Shown: piece by piece, positions 11,960 to 25,700 of the stretch
How the letters are laid out: the number at the start of each line of letters is the position of its first letter
Position numbering within the stretch: position 1 is the stretch's first letter
Assembly: GCF_018977255.1 (NCBI RefSeq)
Contig: NW_024704742.1
Coordinates: forward strand, 127,722,001 to 127,786,000
Source: Callorhinchus milii
Taxonomy: Eukaryota
Length of the DNA stretch: 64,000 nt
Direction of reading: 5' to 3'
The notes under the pieces: model-generated
Seen by the model: only the letters and a program-made list of their open reading frames with translations
What the model was told of the DNA's origin: nothing
The model's database searches: none
Program-made: the position numbers and the translations under genes

Positions 11960-12125
11960 TGAAACCCATGACCATATTTGAGAGTATCCAAACCATTAAG
12001 AATTCCACATATGTATGGGATAGTGTGGAATGTAGTGTGCAATGTTTTCCCAGAGGGACTCACCTCTACTCATGCAACCCTGAAATGTATTAGGTACAGG
12101 ATGGCAAGAGCCAAGGCTTGTGCTG
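11960..12125 (-). repeat. Unclassified interspersed repeat family X
   Basis: Shares GAAACCCAT.ACCAT, GAGAGTATCCAAACCA and TGGCAAGAGCCAAGGCTTG with 30172, 54125 and other copies. Strand is inferred. Confidence 0.65.
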
Positions 12126-13394
12126 GTTTTAAATAGCTAAAATTGCACAACTTTGTTTTTAAAACATTGACTGGCAAGCTTTCTGCATATTGTCCATACC
12201 GCAAAACTGAGGACATTATGTAGACCCACAGGACATGATTTATATCTTGCTCAGGCACCGCCCACAGCAGTAGCCTTTAACCCAAGTCAATGGGAGAATG
12301 GATGATATTAAGGATAAACATTTTTAATGATGTGGTGAGATGTAAAAAGGCAGGCTTGTTTTCACTAGTACAGAGAAAGTTATGGGGGGAATATAATGGA
12401 GGCTTTCAAAGTTATGAATCCTTTTGTTGGATCATGTATTCAATGATCAGTTGGTCAATAATAAGAGGGAATAAATTAAGATTTATCAGAGAGGAGAAAA
12501 GATTCTGTGATTCTTTGAGTGGGACCGGATGTTTGAGAAGACGATAGCTACTGTCACCCTCTGAAAAGGAGAAAGGGAGAAACATGGAACACATAGCATG
12601 AGAAAACATATGCATTCCTTTGACTAAACACAAATAATATTATCAGAAGAAATTGTTCATATTGAGGTTGAAAATGTGTGATTTGCAATGGGATTCTCTA
12701 ATATCAACCATTAAGCCATCCTGAGTATATTGTTGTCAACTTATGGAAATCCCACAATCTTTTCAACTTCATCAAAAATTCTAGAAAGCTACATTTTGCA
12801 AGTAGGAAGTTAAGGAGGAGGCACAGCTTATGACATTACAAGTCTCTGTTTTATGTAGGATGTAGGTAAAAGTAGCAAATTAGGATCATCACATGTTTTG
12901 TGTCATTAGGAATCGAGGATCCCGACACAATGAGTTGAAATATGTTTCACAGAGTCACTTATTATTAAAAAGATTTTGCAGAAACTCAGCAGTGGAGACT
13001 CCCAGCTCAGCTTTTGTAACCCATCCAAATGTTTCAGACATAAGAGCTAAGAGCTGGGCACTTCTCCATTCAGCTGCTCTTAATTCTCTCTACTCCTCTT
13101 CAGATCTGGCATGTTGAACATAATCTTTCTTTGATAGTTTTCTTGATATCACTGAAGCATTCGCTGAACTCATGCCATGTTCTTTCAATCTTCCAGCTTG
13201 CATCCAACCATCAAGATCCCTTCTCTGCGGCTTTCCTCTTGGTTTGGGGAGATTTATTCCCTTTCCAAATATCATAGACTTTCCCTCTAACATAACCTCC
13301 CACTCACAAAATGCAGCTTGCTAGAATTTTCCCCTCCAGTCACCATTTTCAACTCTGTCCTCGCAAAGCATTCTGAGATGTTATCCTAGATATT

Positions 13395-13522
13395 GTTGGA
13401 ATGGAATGCACACCCTTTCCCTGGAGGGATGCATCCGCTTACCTAATTCTGGAACGTATTAGGCACAGGTTGGCAAGAGCCAAGACTTGGGGATCCCAGA
13501 CTGTGCATTGGGGTACTACTGG
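13395..13522 (-). repeat. Family X fragment
   Basis: TGGAATGGAATGCACAC...TGGCAAGAGCCAAGACTTGGGG. Confidence 0.7.
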
Positions 13523-14669
13523 AATCTAACAAAATGCTGTATCAAATGCAAGGATTATTATTGGCCCACAATCCATGTTAAGGCAATTTGGGTGGGGAAA
13601 AGGGTTAGTGTCAAGTCTAATCCTGTCCTCATGCTGGTCTGATCTTGTCATGCACACTGAACAGTGATTGGATGGGATAAACCCTAGTTAATTTCACCTT
13701 CTCTTACCTGAGGGCATGTTGGCCAACTTTGACAGCCCACATTATTGCCCTGAGACTGAGATTAGGTCATTCATGCCACTTTTTGCCCACAAAAATATAC
13801 AGTTAACTCACTTCACAGTATATTCTGTGAAGTGCTTTGAGGCGTCTCGAAGCCGTGATAAGGCGCTATATCAAATGCAAGGATTATTATTATTCAGCAT
13901 TGCCCAAAGAACAAACTGGAAACCCTCCTAAATTACATGAGTTCCAGAATCATGGAATTCATAGATTTCTAGAATTTGCTTAACCACAGAAAAAGGCGTG
14001 TGAATACATCAGCGCTTTGGAAGAGCTCTACATTTAGTTCCATTTCTCTGTCTTTCCCTGTTCCCTTTTACATTCTTCTTTTTGAAATATTTGGCTGATT
14101 CCCTTTTTTAAAGCTATTAAAGATTTTGTTTCAAACATTATTGTGATAGAGGAGAGCTACTTGTGGCCACAGGTTCTGGTTCTGTGTCTCACTGGTTAAT
14201 ACTGGACATCTGAAATATGGCATCTCCAACAATGCAACTCAACCCATAGCACTGCATTGGAGTGTCAGGCTAGCCTACACTCTCAGAGGCAAGAGTGCTA
14301 CCAACTGAGCCAGACACAATCTTTGAATGAAGTGAATAGTTCAGAGTCAGTTTATAAGTAGGAATCTGACATGCCCAATAAGTTTACATTGAGCAGTACA
14401 AGGATTCAGCAAAACTTTGTTAAAAATAGGCAGTAATAAATGAGACCAGCCTCTGGAAATTATAGACCCCGTTAGTCAAACATCTGGGATATATTATACA
14501 CTTGAGAACATATACATATTCTATAAACACTCAAATGAAGACGCCAGATGTTGTAAGGTGTAGTCAACATTTCCTTCTAGAAGCAATAGTAAGGACATGT
14601 AAGGAAATAAATAAATTAGTAGATTATGGCTATCTGATTGATAAGTTTACTTGAATTTTCAGAAGATGT

Positions 14670-15080
14670 ATCAGTGTATCAGTCCACCTTAGTTGGTCAC
14701 ATTGTTGCCTCTGAGTCAGAAAATTATTCATTCCTTACAACTTTGAATTTCTAGAGTAGGCTGAAACTCCAGTGCAGTGCTGGGGTGTGCTGTGTTGTTG
14801 GAGGTGCCCTTCTTCTGATGAGACATTAAACTGCATTCCCGTCTGGCTGTTCAGGTGGACATTAGAGATCCCAAGGTACTGTTTGAAAAACGAAAGGAGT
14901 TTTTCCCGATGTCTTGGCTAACAATCCCCAAATAAAATTGAAAATGCACTTCATGGTTGTTTGTGGGACATTGCAGTGCACAATTGGCTGCAACGTTCAG
15001 CCATAAAATGCACAGTCACGACATAGAAAATCATGTGAAGTGCTTTGAAATGTGCTTCTGATGTGAAAGTAAGGATTTTT
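14670..15080 (+). mobile_element. DeuSINE
   Basis: Head, Deu core and shared tail. Confidence 0.78.
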
Positions 15081-16014
15081 TTAAAAAATGTTAAAGTTCA
15101 ATGAATTCTGTCTCAAAGCAAATGTTGGTGTACTCCAAGTCAGTGCATCAACCCTTTTAGCTGTAGCTCAGTATTTTCTTTGACCACAGCTTCGCCCACC
15201 CTCCCACCCCTCTGCCCTCCACCCCTCCTGACCCCAACTCCCAGCTCGGATCTAAAGACCCCTGATTGTCCAGCACCCTGAGATGTCCGACATGAAGGGT
15301 GCCATACAGGTGTAATTTGTTGTTGCTGTTGTTGTTATTCTGATTAGCACATTTTGATTAATGATGAGTTTGTTTCCTATGGGTTTTAAGGGTTTAATTT
15401 CCTACTTGTTAAATGGTTTAGTTACTGAAGCTTCCTGATGCTTGTTCAGCTGGAAGCACCCTATCTGATAGGGCTTTGGCTTACAGGGTTAACAAGAGCT
15501 GAGTGGGAAGAAGCCCTGCCCCCAGTGACTATTCAAGCCCATTAGAAACTGAGTGAAAATTACCAACATGTTGCCGATGTTATCCTTCTAACCAGTGGAA
15601 ACATTTCAGTCTTGACTAGGTTCAAATCCAGGTCCAGAAGTAGAAAACAGTGTTCCAACTCCACTCCCACACACACATTTAAAAATATACATTTCTTGTT
15701 TCCTTTTATATGCTGAACAAATGAACAAATTGATAAGCCAACCTCTGAAATGGAATTCTATTCATGAAAAGCTTCAGGAATCTCTTACAAATATTACTTA
15801 ATAATACACTTCAAAACCATAACGTACATTTCACACTGCCAATCCCAGCGTGCAAGAAAACATTTGTCTTGACTCAAGATGTTTCTATGACAACATGATA
15901 ACATGCGCTATTTATGTGTTACAACTTCAGATAAACAGCTTGAGGAACTGACATTTCTGGGACAGAAAAGTTCTACACAATAAGGAATGGACACAATTGA
16001 AATGTCACCAATAA

Positions 16015-16435
16015 TAGCCTGGCTCAGTTAATAGCACCTCTTGCCTCTGAGTCACAAGATTGTTGACTCAATCCACACTGCAACAACAACAGCAACAACA
16101 CATATTCTCACATATTCTATCGGCTGACATTCCAGTGCAGTCCTGGGGAATGCTGCATTGTTGAAGATGCTACCCATCGGATGAGATGTTAACCTGAGGC
16201 CCTGTCTGCCTGTTCAGGTGGATGTTAAAGATCCAATGGCTCCAATCCAATCCAATCCAATTCAAAAAGAGAAAGACGTTCCTCCCGGTATCCTAGCCAA
16301 CAATATCCTCAGATACAATTGACCACTCACTCTACTCACTGTTTGTGGGACATTGCTGTGCAATAAATCTATGAAGGTCTTTTGAGATATTTTCTTGTCA
16401 TGAAAAGTCAATATCAAATTCAAGGATCATTATTA
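16015..16435 (+). mobile_element. DeuSINE with internal (CAA)n and (TCCAA)n expansions
   Basis: AGCCTGGCTCAGTTAATAGCAC head and Deu core; TCCAA x4 at ~16240-16260. Confidence 0.8.
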
Positions 16436-16807
16436 CATGCAATTTGTGATAACACTGCAACAGCCACTGGGGTAAATTTAACTTCAATGTTACAAAGCAC
16501 ATTAGTATAATAGCAAATGAGAGAGGTTACAATTAGTAGGATTATCTTTAAAGTAAATGTTATCTAAATGCTTACTCCCTTTTCATTGTATTTGATCATA
16601 GCAGAATGACACATACAAGATAAAGAATGTTCCAATAATCTACTGCGAAAAAAGTAATCCTGCAGCTTCCATTATAACATAGCTTCAGGTCCACAATGTA
16701 ACAGGGATAATTCCTTTTCTGTCATGTGGCAATATTTTCCAATTTAAATGCCATCAGGAAATTGTCACAGCAAAAAAATAATCCATTGTAATGTTAAAAT
16801 CTATGTT

Positions 16808-17000
16808 AGGGGATTGGATAGCACAGTAGGTTCCGTCTATCATTTCATCTTCAGGACCCGGGGTTAAATTCTGCCCAGGTTGATAAGAAAATAATCTTCT
16901 CTACCTGAACTTGGTCCTAGATTAAACAATGTGGTCAGTTTAGTTCCGTTCCGGGGGGGTTTGAATCCACAGCACAAAAGTAAGGTTCAGCACTAAACTC
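16808..17000 (+). mobile_element. Ancient tRNA SINE resembling LF-SINE (5' part)
   Basis: TTTCATCTTCAGG...AATTCTGCCCAGGT...GTGGTCAG...GTTCC...TCCACAGCACAAAA resembles the LF-SINE consensus as recalled; not aligned. Confidence 0.4.
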
Positions 17001-17369
17001 GGAGTCCTGTAGCATAGTGGTTAGAAAACTTGCCTCATAAGCAAGAGGATCCAAGTTTGATTCCCGGGCAGGGTGAAACCTTAGATAAGTTTCTTTACTC
17101 CACACGCCTCTGTTTACCTAGCAGTAAGTAGGAAAAGGTTGTTAGATGATTGGTGGATCACTTTCCGGGAATAATAATAATAATAATAAGGCCTCCAAAA
17201 ATAGTAAAACTTTAGCCACTCAATCCCCGACTGTTGTGCGCAATTGTTTGCCGTGTTTCGCCCACAAAATATACAGTCAATTCGCTTTACAGTATATTCT
17301 GTGAAGGGCTTTGAGATGTCTCAAGGACGTGACAAGGTGAAATATCAAATGCTAGGATTATTATTATTA
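17001..17369 (+). mobile_element. SINE family A, full length
   Basis: GGAGTCCTGTAGC head through to the (ATT)n tail. Confidence 0.9.
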
Positions 17370-18177
17370 AACTGCCACCACCATTTAGAGAGGCAATGGG
17401 AAAGATCAAAGTAATGCAATAATAACAATAATAATCCTTGCATTTCATGTAGCGCCTTATCACGTCTTCGAAATGTCGCAACGCGCTTCACAGAATATAC
17501 TGTAAAGACAATTGACTGTATATATTGTGGGTGAAATGCAGCAGCCAATTGCGCACAGCAGTAGAAAGTGCTCCTGTGGAGAGAGGAGCTGCAGTTGAGG
17601 CAGCGAAACAGAGCTTGAACCTGATACCAAAGTGCAGTATCTTGAGCACTTGAGAGTGGTGTGTGTTTATTTACTGTAACAGTGGCCTCTTGAAACATGC
17701 AACATTTCTATAAAGTTAGTCAGCACTTTTCTAACTTTTCTAGTTAAAGTTAAATACTTGACCAAAGTGCATCATAAACTACTCAGTTAGAAATTTTAGA
17801 AAATAGCTAATGGGACAATTATCTCTTTTTGTGAAGTTCAGAGCATGAGAGATTTTACCTAAAAGAAAAGATGAATAATTGGGGCTGTTTCTTTTACAAA
17901 AGAAAAAGGTTGAGAGGAAACCCGAGAGAGGTTTTTAAAATTGTGAAGCATTTTGGTATTGTAAACAGAGAAAATATTTCTACTGGTTGAATAGTCAATA
18001 ACTGAGAGTATAGATTTAAAGTAAGCAAAGGGAGGGGTTAGGAGAATTTGTTTTACACAAAGCAATGTTAGGACATCTGAGTAATATTTAAGATAAAGAC
18101 AGTACCTCACACTATTTGAGACCTTTAGGCAGTACAGCAGACTGCCTATATATTTTGTAATTTGTTTTAAATCGAGT

Positions 18178-18540
18178 GGACTCCTGTATCGCAATGGTTA
18201 GTGCACTCACCTAGCAAGCGAGAGGACCCGTGTGCAATTCCCGGGCAGGGCGAAACCTTAGGCAAGTTTCCTTAATGCACACACCTCTGTTTAGCTAGCA
18301 GTAAGTAGGAAACCAGTCGATTGGCAGATCATTTTATGAGGGTAAATAATCCTTTCAAAAAATACTAATTAAAATCCATGACTGTTTGTGGGACACTGCT
18401 GTGCGCAGTTGCCTGACGCGTTTCACCCACAAAATATACAGTCAATTCACTTTACAGTATATTCTGTGAAGTGACTTGAGACATCTCAATGACATGATAA
18501 GGCGCTATATCAAATGCAAGGACTCTTATCATCATTATTA
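18178..18540 (+). mobile_element. SINE family A, full length
   Basis: Head, body and tail present. Confidence 0.9.
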
Positions 18541-18974
18541 TACTTATCCAGGCTGACATTATACTGCAACAAATGCAACAAATAGTCATTGGTCGTTTCT
18601 TGAAGGTAGTCTCACTGCAGGTACCGATCTGAATGCAATTGGCAATATACTGATGTCTGGTTTTGGTCTTATGCAAATGGGACATTTACACCAAAGGACA
18701 TTTTTCATTGCCCTACATTATGCAATATGCAAATAAGCCGACACATAAAGCCGAATACCACATGGCACATCATCTACACAAATTACAAATTACTGAAGGC
18801 GACCTGAATTTAAAGAGCCAATTACCCCCTATTTATCCTTTAATGTGTTCCAGCAATGACCACACTAATCATGCACTCACCTCCCATTTCAGATTGTGCT
18901 GCAGCACAGTAGAACTTTAGTCAAGACCAACAAATGATAGTTATCCTTGAACATCGCAAACTCTGCATTCCATC

Positions 18975-19385
18975 ACCCCAGTCCTTGCCAGGCTTCTCTG
19001 ACTCCCTGTTGCAGAATGGTTCAATTTTAGTATCCTCACACTCACCTATAAATAGATCATTTTATGCCTCCCTGCCTCTCAAACCTGTTCACACCCCATT
19101 CCTCCACTCAAACTTTTCGCTCAACTGACTATGGTCTCTGCACATCCCTCAACCCCTCCCCTCCACCATTGGAGGACATGCTGACAGCCACTATGCCCTG
19201 GAACTCTGGAACTTCCTGCCTCAATCCCCCATCTTTGCCCATCTAAAGATCACACCTTTATCTTTAACCGTGTCTATGGTCACCTCCCCTTTCTCCCTGG
19301 CTCAGCATCAAGTTCCACCATTGTTAAACACTCCGAGATGCTACCTGGTCTAGTACGCTATATAAATGCAAGATGTTGTTGTTGT
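18975..19385 (+). mobile_element. Old L2 3' fragment
   Basis: Degenerate L2 C-terminal region ending TATAAATGCAAGAT(GTT)n. Confidence 0.65.
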
Positions 19386-19504
19386 CAGTTTGTACATTCA
19401 GGTGTGGTAGGGGTTGCATCATCACAAGAACCACCTTCAGCACTCTGGGTCATACCCTGCGTGAGGGACGCTAGATAAGTGCAAGTTATTGTATTGTTGT
19501 TGAA

Positions 19505-19790
19505 ATGTAAAACCGAGGTTCCTCCTGCCTGTTCAGACGTACATTAAAGATCCCATGGCACTATTTGAAAAGAGAAGGGAATTTCTCCTGGGGTCCCAGC
19601 CAACAATCTCCCATATAAAATTGAGCATTCACTTCATGGCTATTTAGTCAAGACCTTGATGTGCAAATTGGCTGCTGCATTCACCTACCAATACACACAG
19701 CCACCAAACTTCACAGGAAAATTCTGTGAGGCACTTTGAGATGTTCTGACAATGTGAGAGGGCGCTATATCAAATGCAAGAATTGTTATC
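19505..19790 (+). mobile_element. DeuSINE 3' part
   Basis: AAAGATCCCATGGCACTATTTGAAAAGAG Deu core and tail. Confidence 0.8.
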
Positions 19791-20158
19791 GCATTAATTA
19801 TTATTCTGCATTCAAATCAATTAAATGAAGGCATGTTTAGTACCAGTCCATGCTTCAGCAAAAGAATCTTAAAACCTCTTAATTTTCATTCCAAAATAAT
19901 AATACTAATAATATTCCAAAAGCTGCGTTCGACATATTTTTTCTTTGTGCAACTGAGGGAATCTCATTCCTATTTAGATTAGATTTTTTTCACGTGGGCA
20001 ACATTGCAAAAGAAAAACCCCACACAAATGCAACAAATCGTAAACGCCAGGACCTGGTGAATGTTGCTGGTCAGTGTCAGATTAGAGATGCAAATCACTG
20101 AGTTCTAACACTCTCCTCGTGAGAAGGTTCAACCCAAACATCACCAGCTCCTCGTTCT

Positions 20159-20171
20159 GTTGCTTAGCAAC
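20159..20171. promoter_or_regulatory. RFX X-box motif
   Basis: Perfect palindrome GTTGCT-T-AGCAAC in non-repeat sequence. Confidence 0.5.
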
Positions 20172-21379
20172 CCTGGGAAACTGTTTCATTCACTTTGGGT
20201 TAATTCCGTTCCCCTCCCCCCACCCTACAATATATGTCTGGATCATCACGACTGACGGTGCAGAGGATAACATGTTTTTTTAATATATTCACTTGACTGA
20301 GGAGGTAGGGAGTTTCACCCATTTTTTTTCCAAAGGAAACAAAACGAATCAATTTGCAGAACCTTTGCAGCATTCACAGTGAACCAGCCTTCTGTTGCTT
20401 GACAGCACAGTCTCTCGTCTCCCTCAAAATGCTAAGACCTGCTTGGCTAACGCCACCCAGCCCTGAAGTGTGTGGGGGAGTCCTGACGCCCTTAACAGCG
20501 GAGGACTCCCCAAGCAAAATCTATTTATTTTGTGTGCAATTGGCTGCCGCGTTTCACCCACAAAGTATAGTCAATTCACTTTACAGTGTATCCTGTGAAG
20601 CGCTTTGAGATGTCTCAGTGATGTGATGAGACAGTATGCCAAATGCAAGGATTATTATTATTATTATATCACATTCGGTGAGAGAGTCGCAGCACAAATC
20701 CACAGATGACGTATCGCAACAAGGCTCCAGCAGGCATTTTTCACATCCTTTCAATCACCTTACACACTTAAAAGGAAATGTGTTTTCGTTCTTTGTTACA
20801 AAATCCTTACAATTATAAACTGGGTTATAAACTTCACGCCCCAGGACCCCATCTCCTGTTCGCTGTCTGACACCATCTTTGTTAAACACTCCCAAGATTT
20901 ATTTCTACGTGAAGCGAGATATAAAATGCAAGTTGTTGTTGTTGCTTTGTTGAAAGCTGATCTTAAGTCCTATCTTTTCAATCGCATCTTTGGTCACCTT
21001 TCCCTCCCCCCTTCTCACCTCCCCCAACCAAAGGCGCGCAGTCAACTGTGTGAAGCACTTTGTGTCCTCCCGACACGAAAGGTGTTATAAAAATATAAAT
21101 TGCTGTTGTTGTTCTCCCGATGTCCAGACCAACAATCCCACAGATACAATTGGTCATTTATTGTGAAATTTGGCTGCTGGATCCACCTACAAAATACACA
21201 ATCTCTACATTTTACAGTATATCCTGTGAAGCACCTTAGGACATCTTCCTGATGTGAAAGGCAATATATCCACCTTTCCCCTCCTTTCTTCATCCTCTCC
21301 GCCACTTCACGCAGGCTCCCAGTCAACTGCACTGTGAAGCACTTTGAGACAAGCTCCTGAAAGGTGCTATATAAATGTA

Positions 21380-21690
21380 ATTAGAATAATAGAAATTTAC
21401 AGTGCAGATAGAGGCTTTTCAGCCCATTGAGTCTGCACTGACTCTCAGAACAAGTTGTAAGTTCAACCCCACTGCCCTGCCTGCCTTTCAAGCCTCTATT
21501 TTTCATGTACTTCTCTCTTGAAATGGATTGTGCCTCTACCACAATACTTGGCAGGGTATTCCACATCCCAACAACTCTCTGTGTGAAAACAAGCTCTCCT
21601 TCCACTCTTCTTAAATCTATGATCTCTAGTCAGTGATTCCCCTACCAGTGGAAATAGTTCTCCCTATTCATCCAGTCAAAAATCCTCATA
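21380..21690 (-). mobile_element. CR1 LINE 3' end
   Basis: FTQRVVGMWNTLP..VVEA peptide and CR1-type 3'UTR. Confidence 0.8.
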
Positions 21691-22776
21691 AACTGCTGTT
21701 GTTATCAACGTATGTTACAATGGCTGTGAGGATCACAGTGAAGCAGATTTGATCACTAACTAGGAACATTGGACTGTGGGATTAACACGACATACCCAAG
21801 ATTAGGAATACCAAACTGGCAAAGACCAACAAACAGTCGACTTGCAATTCGTGATTCACCATTTCGCGAAACTCATGATCTGATATTCCCAAAGCATTGT
21901 TTGCAATTAAACAATTGAATCCGGTTTGTGAATATCGGAATTCAAACCCTCCATAAAGGAAACTTTTCAGGGTCACTCTGTACTTCATTAGATTTAAGAT
22001 TCAGTACTGCTTTGGTCTCGAACATTTATTTGAAAAGAAATTCCCGTTCCACTGCACAGACTAACTATAATCAGACACAGCTAAGGCAGTACTTTATTAC
22101 TTCCATGATGTCAGGGCCTCAGTACATTGTATAAATTTATACCACATGTTGCCAACACTTATTTAGTAACTGACTTTCTGCATTAAATTTGCTTCACGAG
22201 TGTATATTGCACTCCTGATTAATACTGTATGTTGCTTTGTTGCGCTGCCAAGGTTTCATATTTCATCTTGTCAATTCTTCTCTAAACACGGCACATAAAG
22301 GGGGAATTAACTTGTTTTTATTTAGTGTAAATGAATAGTTTTCCTTCTTTGAACCAAACAGGAAACAACGCATCATGGTTAAGTGCGAATGGGCTGGGAA
22401 GACCTTGCTTTCTTGGATGTTGTTCCTAATATATTAAGAGGCTGCTGGCATGGAACAGTCCAGTGGGAATTAATCTGGGAGGATCTGTTATCTGTGAAAC
22501 AACTTGGAAAAGTGTCCCTGTGAGAAACCAGCATGAGACCTTGCCTGGCGGTTATAGAACAGTGTGCCAGGCATTGAGAACATGAACATCTTCCTTTGGC
22601 TGTCATCGTAAACTTATTTCCTCACTTACACTTCTCTTGAACAAAGTGACAACCGAGTCTAAGATGTGAGAGTTATACAACAACAACAAGATTCCATTTA
22701 TAGAGCGCCTTTCACGTCAGGAGGACGTCCCAAGGCGCTGCACAGTTGGGTCATGACCCGAGCAGGGGGGAAATGG

Positions 22777-25700
22777 TCAGGGTGAGGGGAGGGAAGGGAG
22801 GGAGAGAGGAGGGGGAAATGGTGAGGGGAGGGAAGGGAGGGAGCGAGGAGGAGGAAGAGAGTCGAGAGGGGAGCTGAAGGCACGGTCAAAGAGAAAGGTT
22901 TTGAGACCGGCCTTGAAGGAGGAAAGGGAGGAAGCAAGGCGAAGGCACTGGGGGATGGAGTTCCAGAGCCTCGGGGCTGAGAGGCTGAAGGCCCGACCAC
23001 CGATAGTAGGGCGGTTGGGGCGGGGGACGTGGAGCAGACCGGAGCCAGAGGAACGGAGGGTACGGGCAGGTAGGTAGGGGGATAGTAGGTTGGAGAGGTA
23101 GGAGGGAGCAAGGCCGTGAATGGCCTTGTAGGTGAGGATGAGGATCTTGAAATCAATCCTCTGGGGGATGGGGAGCCAGTGGAGGCGAGCGAGGGTGGGA
23201 GTGATGTGGTCCCGAAGCCTGGTGCGGGACAGTACACGAGCTGCAGAGTTCTGAATGACCTGCAGCTTGTGGAGGGAGGTGGCGGGAAGGCCGGCGAGGA
23301 GAGAGTTCCCATAGTCCAGCCTTGAGGTGACAAAGGCGTGAACCAGGGTTTCAGCAGCGTGAGGGGTGAGGTAGTGCCGTAATCTGGCGATATTCCGGAG
23401 GTGATGGAAGGCGGTGCCAGTTGTGGTGCGGATGTGAGGGAGAAAGGACAGCTCAGGGTCGAACAAAACGCCGAGGTTCCTGACTGGCTTTGAGAGGTGG
23501 AGAGTGCAGCCTTGGATGCTGATGGTGTCAGCGCCTGAGGTGCGGAGGCGCTGACGTGAGCCAATCAGGAGGGCCTCGGTTTTTTGCACGTTGAGCTGAA
23601 GAAAGTTGTCTCTCGTCCAGGACTCGATGTCGGACAGGCAGGCTGTCAGGACATCGGTGGTCGTGGAGTTGAGAGTAGAGGAGGAAAGGTAGAGTTGGGT
23701 GTCATCCGCATACATGTGGAAGTTAACCCCATGTTTGCGGATGATGTCACCAAGGGGGAGCATATAGAGGGTGAAGAGGAGGGGACCGAGGACAGAGCCC
23801 TGAGGGACACCACATGAGACAGTACGGGGGGTGGAGGAGAAGCCATTCGTTGAGACGAAGTGAAGACGGTGGGAAAGGTAAGAGCTAAACCATTCAAGGA
23901 CAGTGCCTTGAAGGTTGAGGTGGGAGGACAAGCGGTGGAGTAGGATAGCGTGGTCGACCGTATCGAATGCTGCCGATAGGTCGAGGAGGACGAGGAGACA
24001 GAGGGAGCCCTGGTCACAGATGGTCAGGATATCATTGGTGACCTTGACCAGGGCAGTTTCTGTGCTATGAGCAGCACGGAAACCTGACTGAAGGGGTTCA
24101 AAAAGAGAATGGGTGGAGAGGAAAGAGCGCAGTTGGGAGGCGACAACTCTTTCCAAGACCTTGGAGAGAAAGGGGAGGTTGGAGATGGGCCGGTAGCTTG
24201 ATAGCTGCGACGCATCAAGGGAGGGTTTTTTCAGGGTGGGCGTGATGATGGCAGTTTTTAATGGAATGGGGACAGAGCCAGAGGAGAGGGACAGGTTTAT
24301 GATGTCAGTGATGTGTGGGGCAAGAAAATGGAGCTGGGAGATAAGGAGTGGAGTGGGGATGGGGTCAAGGGAGCAGGTGGTTGGTTTTAGGGATAGGATG
24401 AGTTCAGTGACAGAGGGTGGGGAAACGGGTACGAAGGTGTGTAGGGGAGGATGGGTAGGAGTCGGAGTGTGGGAGGGAAGGGGTGGGTGGTGGGTGGAAG
24501 TTGGAGGGGAAGTGACCGCGGAGCGGATTCCCTTGATCTTGGATTCAAGGAAATCCAGCATCTCCTCGCAGTGAAGGTTGGAGGAGATGACCTGCGCGGG
24601 GTGGCGGGGGGGACGGAGGAGTCGGGATGTGGTGGAAAACAGTAGCCTGGGGTTGTTCTTCGCCTCCAGGATTATCCTGGAGTAGAAGGACGACTTGGCC
24701 GAGGCTAGAGTGGAGCGGTAAATTTTGAGGAGGTCCAGCCAGATTTGTCGGTGGACCGTTAAGCCGGATTTGACAAAGGTGCGCTCAGCAGCCCGCACCT
24801 GGCATTTCAGTGAGCGGAGGTGGGTGGTGTACCAGGGGGAGGAGCGGGAGTAGGAGACAGTGCGGGAAGTGATGGGGGCAAGAGTATCGAGTGTGGAGGA
24901 GAGGATATTGTGGAGGAGGGAGAGAGGAGAAGAGGGGTCGGTGAGGGTTGAAGGCCAGAGGGAGAGGAGTTCAGAGGACTCCAAGGCATCGGTTAGGGAT
25001 TGTGGGGGTAACTTCTTCCAAGGGCGGTAGAAGATGGTGGTGGGTCTGGTGGAGGTGGGGAGGGGGGTGGAGGTGGTGAAGGAGATGAAGTAGTGGTCGG
25101 AGATGGCCTTGTCGGTAATAGTGACATCCGAGACACTGAGGCCCCGGGTGATCACCAAATCGAGTGGGTGGCCGTGACTGTGAGTGGGGGAGTTTATGTG
25201 TAGGGAAAGGTTGAGTGAGGAGAGCAGGGAAGAGAAGTCTGTGGAGATGGAGCAGGAGGGGGTGAAGTGTAGGTTAAAGTCGCCCAGGATGATGAGGCGA
25301 TCAGAGCAGAGGCAAAGAGATGTGAGGAGTGTTGAAATGTCAGAGATGAAGGTGGGAGAGGTTTTAGGGGGCCGGTAGAGGAGGAGGATTTTAAGGGAGA
25401 GGAATGAGGGGTGGGAGAGGGTGAGGTGCTCGAAGGAGGGGAAAGAGCCAGTGGAGTAGGGGGATAGGGCAAGTGGTGTCCTTGAGATAAGGGCAACACC
25501 ACCGCCACGGCGGTTGGGGCGGGGGATGTGGTGGGAGGTGTAGCCGGGTGGCGTGGCCTCCGTGAGGGGGAAGGTGTCGCCTGGGGTGAGCCACGTTTCT
25601 GTCAAGGCCATGATATCAACGTTCTCATCAAGGATGAGATCGTTGATGACCAGGGCCTTGTTGCAGAGGGAGCGGACATTTTGCAGTCCGATGTGGAGGG

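Noticed and set aside
22698..23564. 288-aa Ser/Pro-rich overlapping ORF in the L2, also open in sibling copies
   Set aside because: The C-rich sense strand makes stops rare and the siblings are too recent to show selection; no domain is recognisable.
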